A stretch of 64,000 nucleotides of DNA. It comes from Lama guanicoe. Taxonomy: Eukaryota. The position numbers and the translations under genes were made by a program. The first letter of the stretch is position 1, and each line of letters starts with the position of its first letter. Positions 39,171-50,758 of this stretch are shown piece by piece. The notes beneath the pieces were generated by a model, which was given only the letters and a program-made list of their open reading frames with translations, searched no databases and was not told the DNA's origin. Location: the NCBI GenBank assembly GCA_013239625.1, contig MU054391.1:8899095-8963094 (forward strand), in the 5' to 3' direction.

Positions 39171-39943
39171 CTCCAGACCTAAATGGTATATCTCCATTGC
39201 CACAAATGATGGTTAGAAACCTTCCAAGTATTCTGAGGCCAATTTTAATGCACATGGATACGTGTCCAAATAGATGGAGATTAAAGAAAGGAACACATTA
39301 TTTAGAGATTTAGGTTTTGGCTTTGTTTGCTGGGCTTGGCTGTGACAGGGCAGGATTCATCACATCCAAAAGAAATGTGTTGGCAAAATGCTTCCTTCTT
39401 TAAATGCTCCACATCAACCCTTGGTGGTTCTGGAAACTATCCGTTTTGGTGCAAGGCAATGATTAGAATCAGGACAGGGATCCGGCTTCAGCACAAACTG
39501 TTTGGATTCTAAGGCAGTCCCCCTCTCCTGCCTCCCCTGCCCCAGTTTTCAGTGGACCTAACTTTAACACCAAGCACGACTTTATGTTTCTCAGTATCTG
39601 AATTCAACTAAGCTCATGAGCCACCTACATTTTTCTGATGCAAAAATCTATATCTTGCAAATTAAGGTAAGTCAGTCATTTTCACTTAAAATCCAAGCTC
39701 ATTTAGGTAAGTACTCTATCAATTCCATTTCTCCTAGTCGCTCTCCTTTCCTTCTCTGACCCTGGGGCAGCATCAGGGTGCAGATGTCTAAGTGAGCCCC
39801 CTGCCCAGATGGGGGTGGGGGATGGGGGGAGTGGGTGTTGTGTCCCAGCCCATTATGTGTTCAAATGGGCCACCACTGAGGTGTATTTCGTCCTTCCAGG
39901 TCTTGGTCACAACCCTGTCCCTACTGGCTCTGTATCATCTGCT

Positions 39944-39956
39944 TGCTGACTCAGCA
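39944..39956. promoter_or_regulatory. Perfect T-MARE palindrome (Maf/Nrf2/Bach site) TGCTGACTCAGCA
   Basis: Exact 13-bp match to the consensus. Function is not shown. Confidence 0.45.
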
Positions 39957-42169
39957 TGGTCTCCAATTATACACATTCTGTCTCCTCCTTGGAGGGTTCT
40001 TTCTATCTTCTAGCACTTCAGACACCTTTGAATGCTCTCCTGTGACAGTCAGGGCTGCAGGAGTCTCCAAGGGACTTTCTCTGGGTCTTCTTGGAGCTGT
40101 TGCTGCACCATCCTCTGGGTCTTTGCAAAGCACAGGGATCCCCTCAGTGGTTTGTGCTAGCCTGAGATAGACCTTCTCAGCTTTCTGATCCTTCGTAGTT
40201 ATGTGAGTTTTTTTTTTTGCCATCCTTGACTCCCAAGGTTTTGACCCCAGAAACAGAGAATGAAGTAGTCCCCTAGACCAACCCGCACACATACAGACAC
40301 ACATCTCGTCCCTAAGCTTTCCCCATCACCCATGTCCAATACGGAACTTTGCCTTCCCATGTCCACGCAGAGTTCCTACACAGCACTGGGGTCAGCATTC
40401 CCTGTTCCCTACTCCATGACTGATAGCTAAACTATATTCTGAGAGCTTATACTCTTGAAGAGCTCAACAACAGTGACAATGACAATAGTTCTTTTCAGTT
40501 TTCAAAGTTGTTAACGTAAGATATTGAATGAGGCTTTTCCTATTGTCTTGGAATTTGGGCTAAAGCCCCAAACTTGGAACAGTAAGTACTGTGACATTCT
40601 AACTACAGCACCGAGTCATTGCCAGTTAGCCCTTCCAGTGCTCGGGAAGAGGTTGCCAGACCAGTCTTGTGATCCCCCATCCTCCCCTCCCCAAACAACC
40701 TATGCAAACAGGAGACTAGAAATTCCAAGGGAATTGGTTAGAGGACAAGAAAAATTTTCAGTAGTAGTCACATCTGAGACTTTTTATTTTCCTTGCCCAA
40801 GGTAGAGTTCTCCAAGAGAATCACCCAGAGAGCCTTAGGGGGTCAGCAAGAAAGGGACTGGGACCACCCTCCCCAGGTAGCTATTACTGAGCTACAAAAT
40901 TCACCAGTCACTCAGGGCAACCCATCAGCATATAGTGCTCTGAAGTGGAGCTTAATACAGGTGGATTGGTGACCACAGAAACGGGTGCTTGCTCAGAAGC
41001 AGGAAGTGGTTGGAGCCATCTGAAATCAGAGCAAGAAAACAGGGAAGCTGAGGGCAGCCACCCTCTCGCTGCTTGGTGCAGCAGGGTATTTGAGAATGGC
41101 TCCCAGTGGATACTGTGAAAGGCAGCTAGACTTGAGCCAGCTCTGAGATATCCAATAGGGTGTTCTTCAAGGACAAGGGGAAGCCAGCAGAGTCTGTGGG
41201 ATGCATTCTCAGAGGCAGAAATTGAGGAGGGAATGACTGACTAATGGTCCAGTTGTCAATGGTAGGAATTTGTGCAGTGGTGAAGTTCTCATGAGGAATT
41301 CTGGAAAACCCATAAATGGGCCCCTTGGAAGAACACGCATGTGACATCTACCATGTGGCGGACATCACTGGCTAGTCAGTACCAGCCAAAGAGGACCATG
41401 AGAGCAGGACCCAAGAAATGACAAAGAAAAAATTCGGTCCCTTTCCTGTATCCCTACCCTCCTTTCATAAGAACCTTGAGGAGGGGAGGAAGGAGTTCCT
41501 TCCTTGCCCCACTTTAGGTCCTGAGCTGGGTTAGGAATGGGAAGAAAACACAGCTTTCATTTGGATGAAAGAAAGAAACTTTTGACTTATTCTCAGATGG
41601 ACATTTGTAGTCCCGAAACAGGAGTCTGGGTTACTTATACAGCACTTGCTCTTAAAACCAAGATCAGCCGTAAAGTCATGGATCTGCTTGAATTGTCATT
41701 AGAGAGCTGGAAATTTATCTGGGAAAGAATAGAACTTTTTACTACAGACCGGGCCACAATGAGTTAATTACTGCCTCTGTGACACAGGCTTTCAAGACCT
41801 GTTTAGGAAGAAAAGTAAAGGATTTAACTAGAAGTCCTGACGGGAATCTTTCGTGACCTCTCTGTTTTATAGCCGCTTAAGTCTCAGCTTCACAAAGAAT
41901 TTAATGGTGGAATGGTGGCAAGTAAGAGAAAACTACAAAGCAGGAAAAAATATCAGTTCAAATTTAGCACTATTTTCCCTCTAAATGGGAAAACTGGTCT
42001 AGATGCTAGCTAGGATTTCTTCCTTTAATTCTAGAATTCTGTTCTTTGCTGCCACTTGCTTAGACAGGGTTGAGAGAAGCATTTATTTTTCTTGAGACAT
42101 CTTTGTCTTTGGTTATTCTTTTTTATTTTATTTTTTATCCAACTAGCAAATGGATTCCAGATTAATTCG

Positions 42170-42950
42170 CCTTGTACAGAGTTTTTGCCAAGAGCCTGGT
42201 TTAATGTCCCTGCCTCTTCAGACACTACCCTAATCCCAGACATTTATCCTTTGCCCCCTCTATAACTGCAGGTAATTTCACAAGCTCCCCCACCCCACTC
42301 CTGCATCCGTTCCCTCTAAGACATTCCCCTCATGGCTGCCAGAGAAATTTTCAGAAATTGTCAGATCCTTGACTCTTATGTGTAAAGCTCGTCAGCAGCT
42401 TTCCATCGCAAGGTGAAACGTAAACTTTCTAATTTAAAATCATCTTCATATCCAAGCACTTGTCTAACCTCTTTATTCTCATTTATATCTTTCTTCATCC
42501 GCATTGAACTTTTTTTTTTTTTAAGTTATAGTCAGTTTACAAAGCTGTGTCAATTTCTGGTGAACTTCTTCTTTTCTGAAACTGTCATAGATTTTGCTCC
42601 CTCTCTTAACCGAGGCCCTAACCTCTCTCCCTTGCCATTCCTGGTCTCCACCCTCACCTCCAAAACACACACACGCCCCTCCACTTTCCCCCTCCTGTGT
42701 GTCGATGCCTGGAGGACTTTCAGTCCTCCTTCAAGACCACGCTTTACAAATCTTTAAGCAGAGTTTTCTAAGCTCCTGCCCCTGGGCTCTCTCCTCCCTT
42801 CCACCACGATGCTCTGGGCAATAGTCTTACCTCTCTGTGGATTTCTGTTCCCCTAAGATTTGCACATTAAGGGCAAATGCAGGGTCTTCCTCATGACTTC
42901 AGTCTCACAATTGGGCACAGTGCCAGGAAGACAGTGGAGGGTACAGCTGA
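42170..42950 (+). mobile_element. L2 fragments
   Basis: 'ccatggctgccagagaaattttcagaaattgtcagatc...cagcttcc', 'gatgcctggaggactt' and 'cacagtgccagg'. Confidence 0.55.
42511..42560 (-). mobile_element. Extremely 5'-truncated L1 (~50 bp) with TSD
   Basis: T-run plus 'aagttatagtcagtttacaaagctgtgtcaatttctgg', the same terminus as at 24048-24085. Flanked by tgaact at 42505-10 and 42561-66. Confidence 0.8.
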
Positions 42951-44640
42951 CTGGAAAATCACAGAAGGAAAGCAGCTTTAGTCCTTTGACCGTTCCTATC
43001 TTGTTCCAGATCTATTCAGCAAAGCAGGATCTGGCCTACCGTAATTACTCGAAAGAATGAGGCTGTGATACCTCCTTCCACAATGCAGGCACTTCAGTTT
43101 GGAGGTTCTTAAACATTTTGAGCCACTGTGGTTTGCTTAGTGAGTTCTGTCAGAGTTTTAAAGGGAAGGAAAACACCAGATGAAATAAGGCCAGATCCAA
43201 GGAAATCTGAAGACTAGAAAGAATTTAAATAAAGTGCTTTTAAAAATACAAGTCAGTTCTCCTGTCTACAGGCTATTTCTGGCCTGTCGTTCGTTACTGG
43301 CGTTGCTCTGGCAGGGCTGGGAGAAGTGTTGAGAGAGGAAGACAACAGAGCTGACCTCTTGCCACGACTTTCTTTTGTCCCATCTTGGGTAACAGGCAAG
43401 GACAAGTATGCACAGCGGCGTCTCTTCCTCCAAAGCCTGTTTTAAATCCACCCTCATACTGAAGAAGATTCAGGAAGAGAAGTTACAGCCTCCATCTTCC
43501 AGGGGCTCCGTCGGAAAGTCACCTCTGCATCCAAGGACCCAGACGCTACGCAAGACAAGATGGGCAGCGGCTTCCGAGCCCCGGAGTGAGGTGCTGGCTG
43601 CCCCACGGGCGGGCCAGACGGCTTGCTGCAGGAAGGCCTGTGGCTAAGAGAAAAAGGAAGGTCGCTGGAGGGGGAAGTGGAAGTAGACTGTGACCGAGGG
43701 AAACCCCTTTAGGGCTATGCTTGGATGCTGATCTTACAGTTGGAAGTGGCTCACAGAACTTTGCAAAGCGAGTGAAGCCTCTTCACGTCCGTCCAGAAGA
43801 GCCCAGCGTGGCTCTTTGTCCTCTGCGCCTTGCTGTGCGGCGTCTCTGGCGGGTCTGCGTGTGGCTCACGTGTCCTTCGCTTCCTTTCCCAGGGCACAGC
43901 CTTGCCCAGATTGAGTTTTGCTGACGAACGATTCTCTAAGGCCTGATTTCCCTATTATCTAAATAAGAACACTCGGTCTGATTCATCCCGGGATCCAGGC
44001 TCTAAATATGCCTTTAGAAGAGCTGACAGTTATTCTGAGCTGACGGAAGTGGGGACTGGGCCCTGCCTTTCCTCCCGCGATCAGTATTAGCATCAGTCCC
44101 TGATGTACAAATGTTTGGGTCCTGTCAGGCAACACCAGCGTTTCAGCATCAAAAGACTTCAGGGTATTTGGTCCTTCCAACTGGCGGCAACTACTCAGAG
44201 GCAGTGTTTTTAAAATGCCATTTCTATATTCATATAGAGACACAGATATAGTCCCTGCCACCCCACCCCCAGAAGACTGATAACCTTTCCTGCACCAGAA
44301 CTTGCTGGGTTTGGGAGCCATTTGGTACGTAGGCTGCAGCACCCTTGGAGGGGGACTGCAGCGGCGGGGAGCGTGCCTTGGAAGTTCTCTTCACAGGAAA
44401 AGTAGCAGGAGAGGGACAGATAATCCCCAAAAGAGGGCCACAGGGTGACAGCGGAGGAGGGGAAGATGGAGGATTCAGAGCTTCCATCAACATTCTGTGA
44501 AGACAGACGCTGTTTTGACTTGATAGCATGTGTTCAGTCCTAGGGACTTCAAACCCTGGCTCTCTTTACGAAGAAACAAGAACAGCTTAAGCTCCAGAGA
44601 AGGAGGAGAGGAAGTACTAAATTCCTCCATCATTAGCTGT

Positions 44641-45049
44641 TGTATTCATTTCCTAGGGTTCTTCTAAGAAATTACCACAAACTGGCTGGCCCTCGGGGAC
44701 TCTGGCTAGAACCGTTCCTGGCTTCTTCCCAGCTGCTGAGGGTGGCCAGCCATCCACGTGGTCCCGGCCTTGCAGCTGCATCACTGCGAGCTCTGTTTCT
44801 GTCCTCATATGATGCTGTCCCTGAGTGCCTGTCTTCTATCATCCTCCTTCTTTCTATAAGGACAGGGGTCAGGTCGGGTTAAGGGCCACTCTATTCCAGT
44901 GACTTCATCTTAACTAATTACTCCTTCAATGACCTTATTTCCAAATAAGGTTACTTACTATCTGAGGTTCTGATGGTTAGAATCCAACATACCATTTTGG
45001 AACATACCATTTTGGGACACCCCCACCCCCACCCCAGTTCAACCCATAT
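44641..45049 (-). mobile_element. MLT1 (MaLR) solo LTR, internally deleted
   Basis: 'tgtattcatttcctaggg...aaattaccacaaactgg', 'gacttcatcttaactaattac...gaccttatttccaaataaggt' and 'cagttcaacccat'. Confidence 0.88.
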
Positions 45050-47099
45050 TAGCTACCCAGTACATTTGAGAGATTTGGCTCATAAAATCAAAGAAATATG
45101 TGGCTTGGGCCTTACGAAGTCATCAAATCAAGCACCTCCTCCTCCCCACCTCTCCTGACATCCGAGGAGCGTGGGCATGCATCTTCCCAAAGGTGCACAT
45201 GCTTCTGCAGGCTCCCAGTTTTGTCGTCTGAGTTAGGGCAGCAGCACGGAGTAGATGAGCGGTCCTCAGAAGTTCACTGCACGGGATGCAGAGCTGCTCA
45301 GAGGGCGACCTGCAAATTCCCATCTTCGGGACTCAAGCCCTAGAGATGCTGTAGGTCATTCGGTTGCAGGTGTTCAAGTGGCTACATTTTGGGAAACACT
45401 TGCACGAAGACTCTGAGTAAACTGAACTTGAATTTGAGGTGAAGTGCTGATTAGCTGTGTGTCTGGCTAGTAAGAAGGCTGTCTAAGCTTTGGCTTCTTT
45501 CTTAATCCGGAAAAGCGGTTAACCACACATAATATATGGAAGCATTTTAAGAATTAGAGAGACGTCAGCAGAGCCCAGATAATCCTCCAGCCTCTCCATG
45601 TTGTGGGGAAAACATCTTGCCCTTCCTCCTTCAGAGGTGCCCTCCTTCCTCCTCAAGTCTCTCTGGGAACCCCGGGGCCATTTTCCATGTAACCAAGGCT
45701 ACCGTGGGAACCTCTGCAATACTGCTTCTGCTCTCTAACAATGTCAGCAGCCGCATCACTGTTTGCTGTCACTTGGTTTGGGCGGAAACCCCTACTGATG
45801 CCATCAGGCTGGCTGCAGGAATCAGCCTCCGGCCCACCCGGTGGTCCTTTTCTAATGTGAACCCCCGATGTCACTTGGGCAGCTGTTCTCACCACTGACT
45901 CTGCCATGAAGATGCTCCTGGACTACGGATACTTACCCCCCAGGGGCTGCCCTCTCCTGGCCACGGCTCCCAGCCCCGGGCTCTCCTGGCCCAGTTTTAG
46001 TTCTGGACTTTGCCTCCGAGCGGCTGTCCATCACTGCCACTTGTTGGAATCTAAGTCTTCCCTCCCTGGATGTTTCCAGGCTGCTCCTCTAGGTAGAACA
46101 TCCCTTTCTCATTTCCATTGTTCTGTCTTTTGGGGGGGGGGTCCTATGCCGAATTTTGCTTTGGCTCCAAGAATTGTAGTTCTCCTTAGTCTCAGAGTGA
46201 CCATGCTCTCCTTCTCTTCTGCCAAGGAGCAGGATGAGATACGTTCTAGAGCTGAAAGCATTACTTCCCCTCAGCACTCAGTTCTGGGTACTGAGCTTTG
46301 CTAAAGGGGCCGGGTTACTTCTACTCCACAGTTCACTTCTCCTCAGAGGTGGTGCACATCAGCCCCACGGTTCAGTATCATAGGACCTTCTTCTGAGACT
46401 GAAGACATGCACATAAATTTCTCCCCTCTAAACATGATACAGTGCATATTCTTTGCAAATTTCTCTGCTCATACAAATCCAGTGGGTTTTTTTTAATTTG
46501 ATACTAGAATCTGAAACCTACCTAAAAATAGGCAAATTCACGATTTTCTCTGATCCACCGAGGCCCTGATTTTGATGCATCATCTGAGTTGTGTTTGGCA
46601 CATAGTACGTGATCAGTAAATGATAGCTTCAGTGATTTTGTTACATTGTCACCTCAATTTTTAAAGTCTTTCTTACAGAGAGTCTACGTTTTCTCCCCTA
46701 GCCTTCATTCTGTTTCCTAGGCTGTACAGAATAAATTCATTCTCTGCTACCAATAACGTTTAGGTTCTTAAATCTGGCTGAATTCTATAACAACAGTTGT
46801 TATGGAGGAAATCCAGAAACTCACAAACGTTGAATACACTCCATGTTACAGTGGCACTTCCTTTCCTCTACTTCCCTTTCCTGCGGTGTCAGGCCACGGG
46901 CTCAGCTCTTCTTCTGTAAGGAGCTACAGGCGTAGGAAATTGTCTGATTGCCGGAGGAAGGAGATCTGCGAGAATCTAGTTCCAGATCCTTGTAGTTCAG
47001 TGCTTTTCCAGCCTTACAGTCGCCCACATGACCTTGAGGGCATGACCAGAGAGGTGAGTGGGCCTGCTCGCTGAGTACCAGACTCAGCATATCCGTGGA

Positions 47100-47630
47100 G
47101 CCTGAGAATACGCAGTTCTAAGATGTTTTCAGTGCGATGCACCTTGCAAACCAAGCGATCGCGGAAGCTCTCGGTTTGCGTCAGCGCCTTCACCGGAGGC
47201 GCCGCCCACCTCACCGCAGGCTCCGCCCACCTCCCCGCAGGCTCCGCCCACCTCCGGCTGATTGCAGCTCGGCGCGGACCCCGCGTGAGGTCTTCCCGGA
47301 CAGGAGCTCGGCGTCCCCCTGCTGCAGGACTTGGAGGAAAAACAGAAGGACGCTCGTGTTCAAACCTGGCTGCATCCACCCGGTAAGTTACTTTCTGGCT
47401 TCAATATACTTATAAAATGGAGGCGGGAGCAGGGAGCATCTCTCAGAACGGTTCGGAGGACCAAAATGAAAGAGCGCGCGTGAAAAAGCCGCGCACGGAG
47501 CAGGCTCTCCGTTGTGGGTGTTGCGTGAGTTAACCAGTGACAAATGCGGTCGCCCCTGCGAAAGGCTGGCCCTGGACCAGGTCCGTAGCACGGGAGATAG
47601 AAAGGGGAAGGGGGATTTCCCTGACGCTGT
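47100..47630 (+). promoter_or_regulatory. CpG-island promoter of an unidentified + strand gene
   Basis: Sharp local rise in CpG and GC content. Three CCGCCC GC boxes (47202, 47223, 47244), ETS-like GCGGAAG (47161), half-CRE TGCGTCA (~47177) and a downstream splice donor. Confidence 0.8.
47260..47382 (+). other. Putative non-coding first exon (start approximate)
   Basis: Ends at a strong donor CCG|GTAAGT (GT at 47383-84) inside the CpG island. There is no ATG between the GC boxes and the donor. Confidence 0.65.
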
Positions 47631-48877
47631 CAATGAAAATATGCTCATATCGCTCAAAATACATGCTAAGTGAATAAAATACATTCAGACCTGAAAAGTA
47701 CTTAGAAATGTGCCTAAGCCCAAATTTCACCATCTTTTTAGTGGCGTCGATGAAGGGATAAATGGCTCAAAACCTCTGTACTATTTGCTTGGTCTGGTCG
47801 TCCACATAGCAAACTCCTGCTAAGCAGAGCTGAGTAGGAGATGTGCAGGTGCTTTTAATCAAAGCTTATAATCAATTTGCCTAAGAAGAAAAATGTGCTT
47901 TGGTCTTGAAAGCTGGATTATAAATCCTGGAGTGGGCGGGAGAGAAGTTTTTCCATGGAAACTGCATTTTTTAAGAACAATGAAGTTGAAGTGAGTCATG
48001 ATAGTGATTGTGATTTTGTAAGAGTGAGGACAGAAAGGCTGGTGTTGACATTGGTTATAGGAAGATGGCAGAAGGCGAGGGGAAAAACACATGGTTTGGG
48101 CTGGGAACAATCTGAGTTTAATTTTTGTTTTTGCTACTGGCTGGTTGTGTGAAACTGGGTGAGTGATTTCATCGTCCTGCACTTTGGTTTTCTTATGGAA
48201 CAGTTGATACTGTCACCATTTAAAAGTCTTGTGTTAAATATCTCATATAAACTGCCATAATACCTTCAACATGTTGCAGATACTATAAATCATGGAGTTA
48301 AGCTCAAAAAAATCTGATTGGGTGGCAAAACCAACTAAAGCTATCCAGCTTAAATATTGGCTGTGGGAAATTTTAATTTCCCCGATCTCTCAAATTCTGG
48401 CAAATTATAAGGTACTCTATTGCGGTGAATTCATTAAATGGGGGTAAAGGGAAGGCTAATTCTAGATTGAATATTGGCTGCAGGCAGTGTTAATCTTTAA
48501 ACGAGGGGCCATGATGTTGGCGTGGCTCTCATGCCTTGGTCGCTTATATAAATGAGCCAAAACCTACGCCAGAGTCCACCCACTTGAATCTGATAAAGAA
48601 ACTTAAGAACAAGAAATCACAAATAGCCAACTAGGCGTCCCCAGTTAAGACAGCTACTTAAGCTATAACTTATCCAATAAATCTGGCCCCCAGCCCCTGT
48701 TAATGAAGCATTCCTAACCACTTTTGTTTTGACATTGCCTGATTTGAATCAATGGATGCTCAAATAACGTCTTTTGGTGAGGGACAATGAAAGGCACGGG
48801 GAGGGCATGAGGACTTTGGTGTATTGATTTGGCATATTGACTATATTAGGCTTATCTTCCCCAAACAACATCAATAT

Positions 48878-49440
48878 TGTCAGGGAGGAAGAAATTTTCC
48901 TCTGTCCCTCTAGGTTCTTCTGGCTGGTCTAAGAGTTAAACTGACATGAGACAGATTCACAGGAGAAAATCAAACACAAGTTTAATAACATATATACATG
49001 GGAGGGACTCCAGGAAAACTGAGTAACTTTCCCAAATGTCTGAAACCCTCACGTTAAATACCATCTTCAGCCAAAGACAAAAGAGGATGTTGAGGGGAGT
49101 GGGTTGAAACTTGAAAAGGGCGGAAGGCAACTGACACGGAGACGGAAAAGCAAATGTTTGGTAAATGGTTGTTTACTGGGCCAGGCAGAAACAATGGGAC
49201 ACAGAGAGGAATTTTAACCAACAGGCTTTGCTAGGTTTTTCCCTGTCTACACACCTAATTCATACTCTATAGTTATCTATGATGATGGCTCCCCACCCCA
49301 GAACTGATCCCCCACCTGCAGTTAGGGGGAAGGCCAGAGTTTCTTCCTGGGTCTTTTGGACCTTGACTGTTTTCAGCTCAAAGTAATCTGCATGCCAAAG
49401 AAACATTTGGGGGTGGCAAATGTGTCCCTCCCCTCCAGCA
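48878..49440 (-). mobile_element. ERV1 solo LTR, MER34/LTR39-like
   Basis: Minus-strand start 'catttgccacccccaaatgtttctttggcatgcagattactttgagctgaaa' resembles the recalled MER34/LTR39 5' end. TG...CA ends. Confidence 0.8.
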
Positions 49441-50029
49441 GAATGTGTCCCTCTTCTCAGTGTGCAGCATAAGCTCACAGCATGGAATGATGGGGAAAAT
49501 TATTCTTAGTTCTTAAAGTGTTCATGCGTGCTTTCTCTCTCTCTCTCACTTGCCTCCACTTCTTAATCCTTCATCGCATGCAGTTTAATCTGCTTTAAAA
49601 GTATGTCTTACGCAGCTGTATTCCAGCATGGTGCTGAATGCTAGGAGTAAAATGATTAATAAACCTAGGATTTTCTGGAGGAAAAAAGACTCAGTCTAGT
49701 GGAGGAAACAAACACATAAAGAAATAATTAAAATATAGTCACGTACAGAAACATTTAGATGAAAAAGCACAAGATGTATAGTGGCAGGTGCTTATGGATT
49801 AAAAAAAGACTTCAAAAGTAGAAGCTGTCTTTTAATCACATGGTAAAGACCAAGTAGAATTTGCCAGTTGGATGAGTGTACAAGTATTCCTGGGAATGAT
49901 TATGATGTGGGCAAAAAAGGCTTGAAGATGGTAAGCTTTGAATTTTGTTAAGAGCACTGGGTGACTGGTTGAAATAAAGGGTGAGGCTGAAAATGTATTT
50001 TGCATTAGCTTTTGTGTGTTCCTGTTGTC

Positions 50030-50498
50030 TTTTTTTAAATTGAAGTATAGTCAGTTACAATGTGTCAATTTCTGGTGTGCAGCATAATGTTTCAGTCATA
50101 CATATACATACATATATTTTTATATTCTTTTTCATTACATGTTACTACAAGATATTGAATATAGTTCCCTGTGCTATACGGAAGAAATTTGTTTTTTTTA
50201 ATCTATTTTACATATGGTAGTTAGTATTTGCAAGTCTTGAACTTCCAGTTTATCCCTTCCCAACCCCTTCCCTCACCTCGTAACCATAAGTTTGTTTACT
50301 ATGTCTGTGAATCTGTTTCTGTTTTGTAGGTCAATTGATTAGTGTCTTCCATTTTTTTTTTTTTTAGATTCTGCATATGAGTGATATCATATGGTATTTT
50401 TCTTTCTCTTTCTGGCTTACTTCACTTAGAATGACAATGTCCAGATCCATCCAAGTTGCTGCAAATGGCATTATTTTATTCTCTTTTATGGCTGAGTA
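50030..50498 (-). mobile_element. L1 3' UTR fragment
   Basis: 'ttttttaaattgaagtatagtcagttacaatgtgtcaatttctgg...ttttatggctgagta', highly similar to 24040-24490. Confidence 0.92.
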
Positions 50499-50758
50499 TG
50501 AGACACACCTGGGGGCTAGGGAAACCCTTTAGGCAGGTGTCCGGTTAGTGATTAACACTTAACATCTTTCTCAGCCTGAGGCCAGAGGCCTGTGCCAACA
50601 GGAAGCTCTCTGACTTTGCCCTCCTCTTCATAACTATGCCTAACTTGTGAGCAGACCTCCCTACCACTCTGTTGGAACCTCACCGTTTAGAATTTCTCTG
50701 GCTCCTGAAATGCGCGAGGGACGGATCAGAGGGACGCGCTGAAAGAAACCCCACGACA
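50499..50758. mobile_element. Possible partial ERV LTR, CpG-retaining
   Basis: Unique-looking, CpG-retaining segment ending 'aagaaaccccacgaca' (a CA end), between the L1 5' end and the resumed L2. Confidence 0.4.

Noticed and set aside
44986..45015. 15-bp tandem duplication aacataccattttgg x2
   Set aside because: Ordinary slippage duplication inside an MLT1 LTR.
47014..47684. Overlapping ORFs across the CpG island
   Set aside because: A by-product of high GC content and the 21-bp repeat. The Arg/Pro/Ala-rich translations show no homology.
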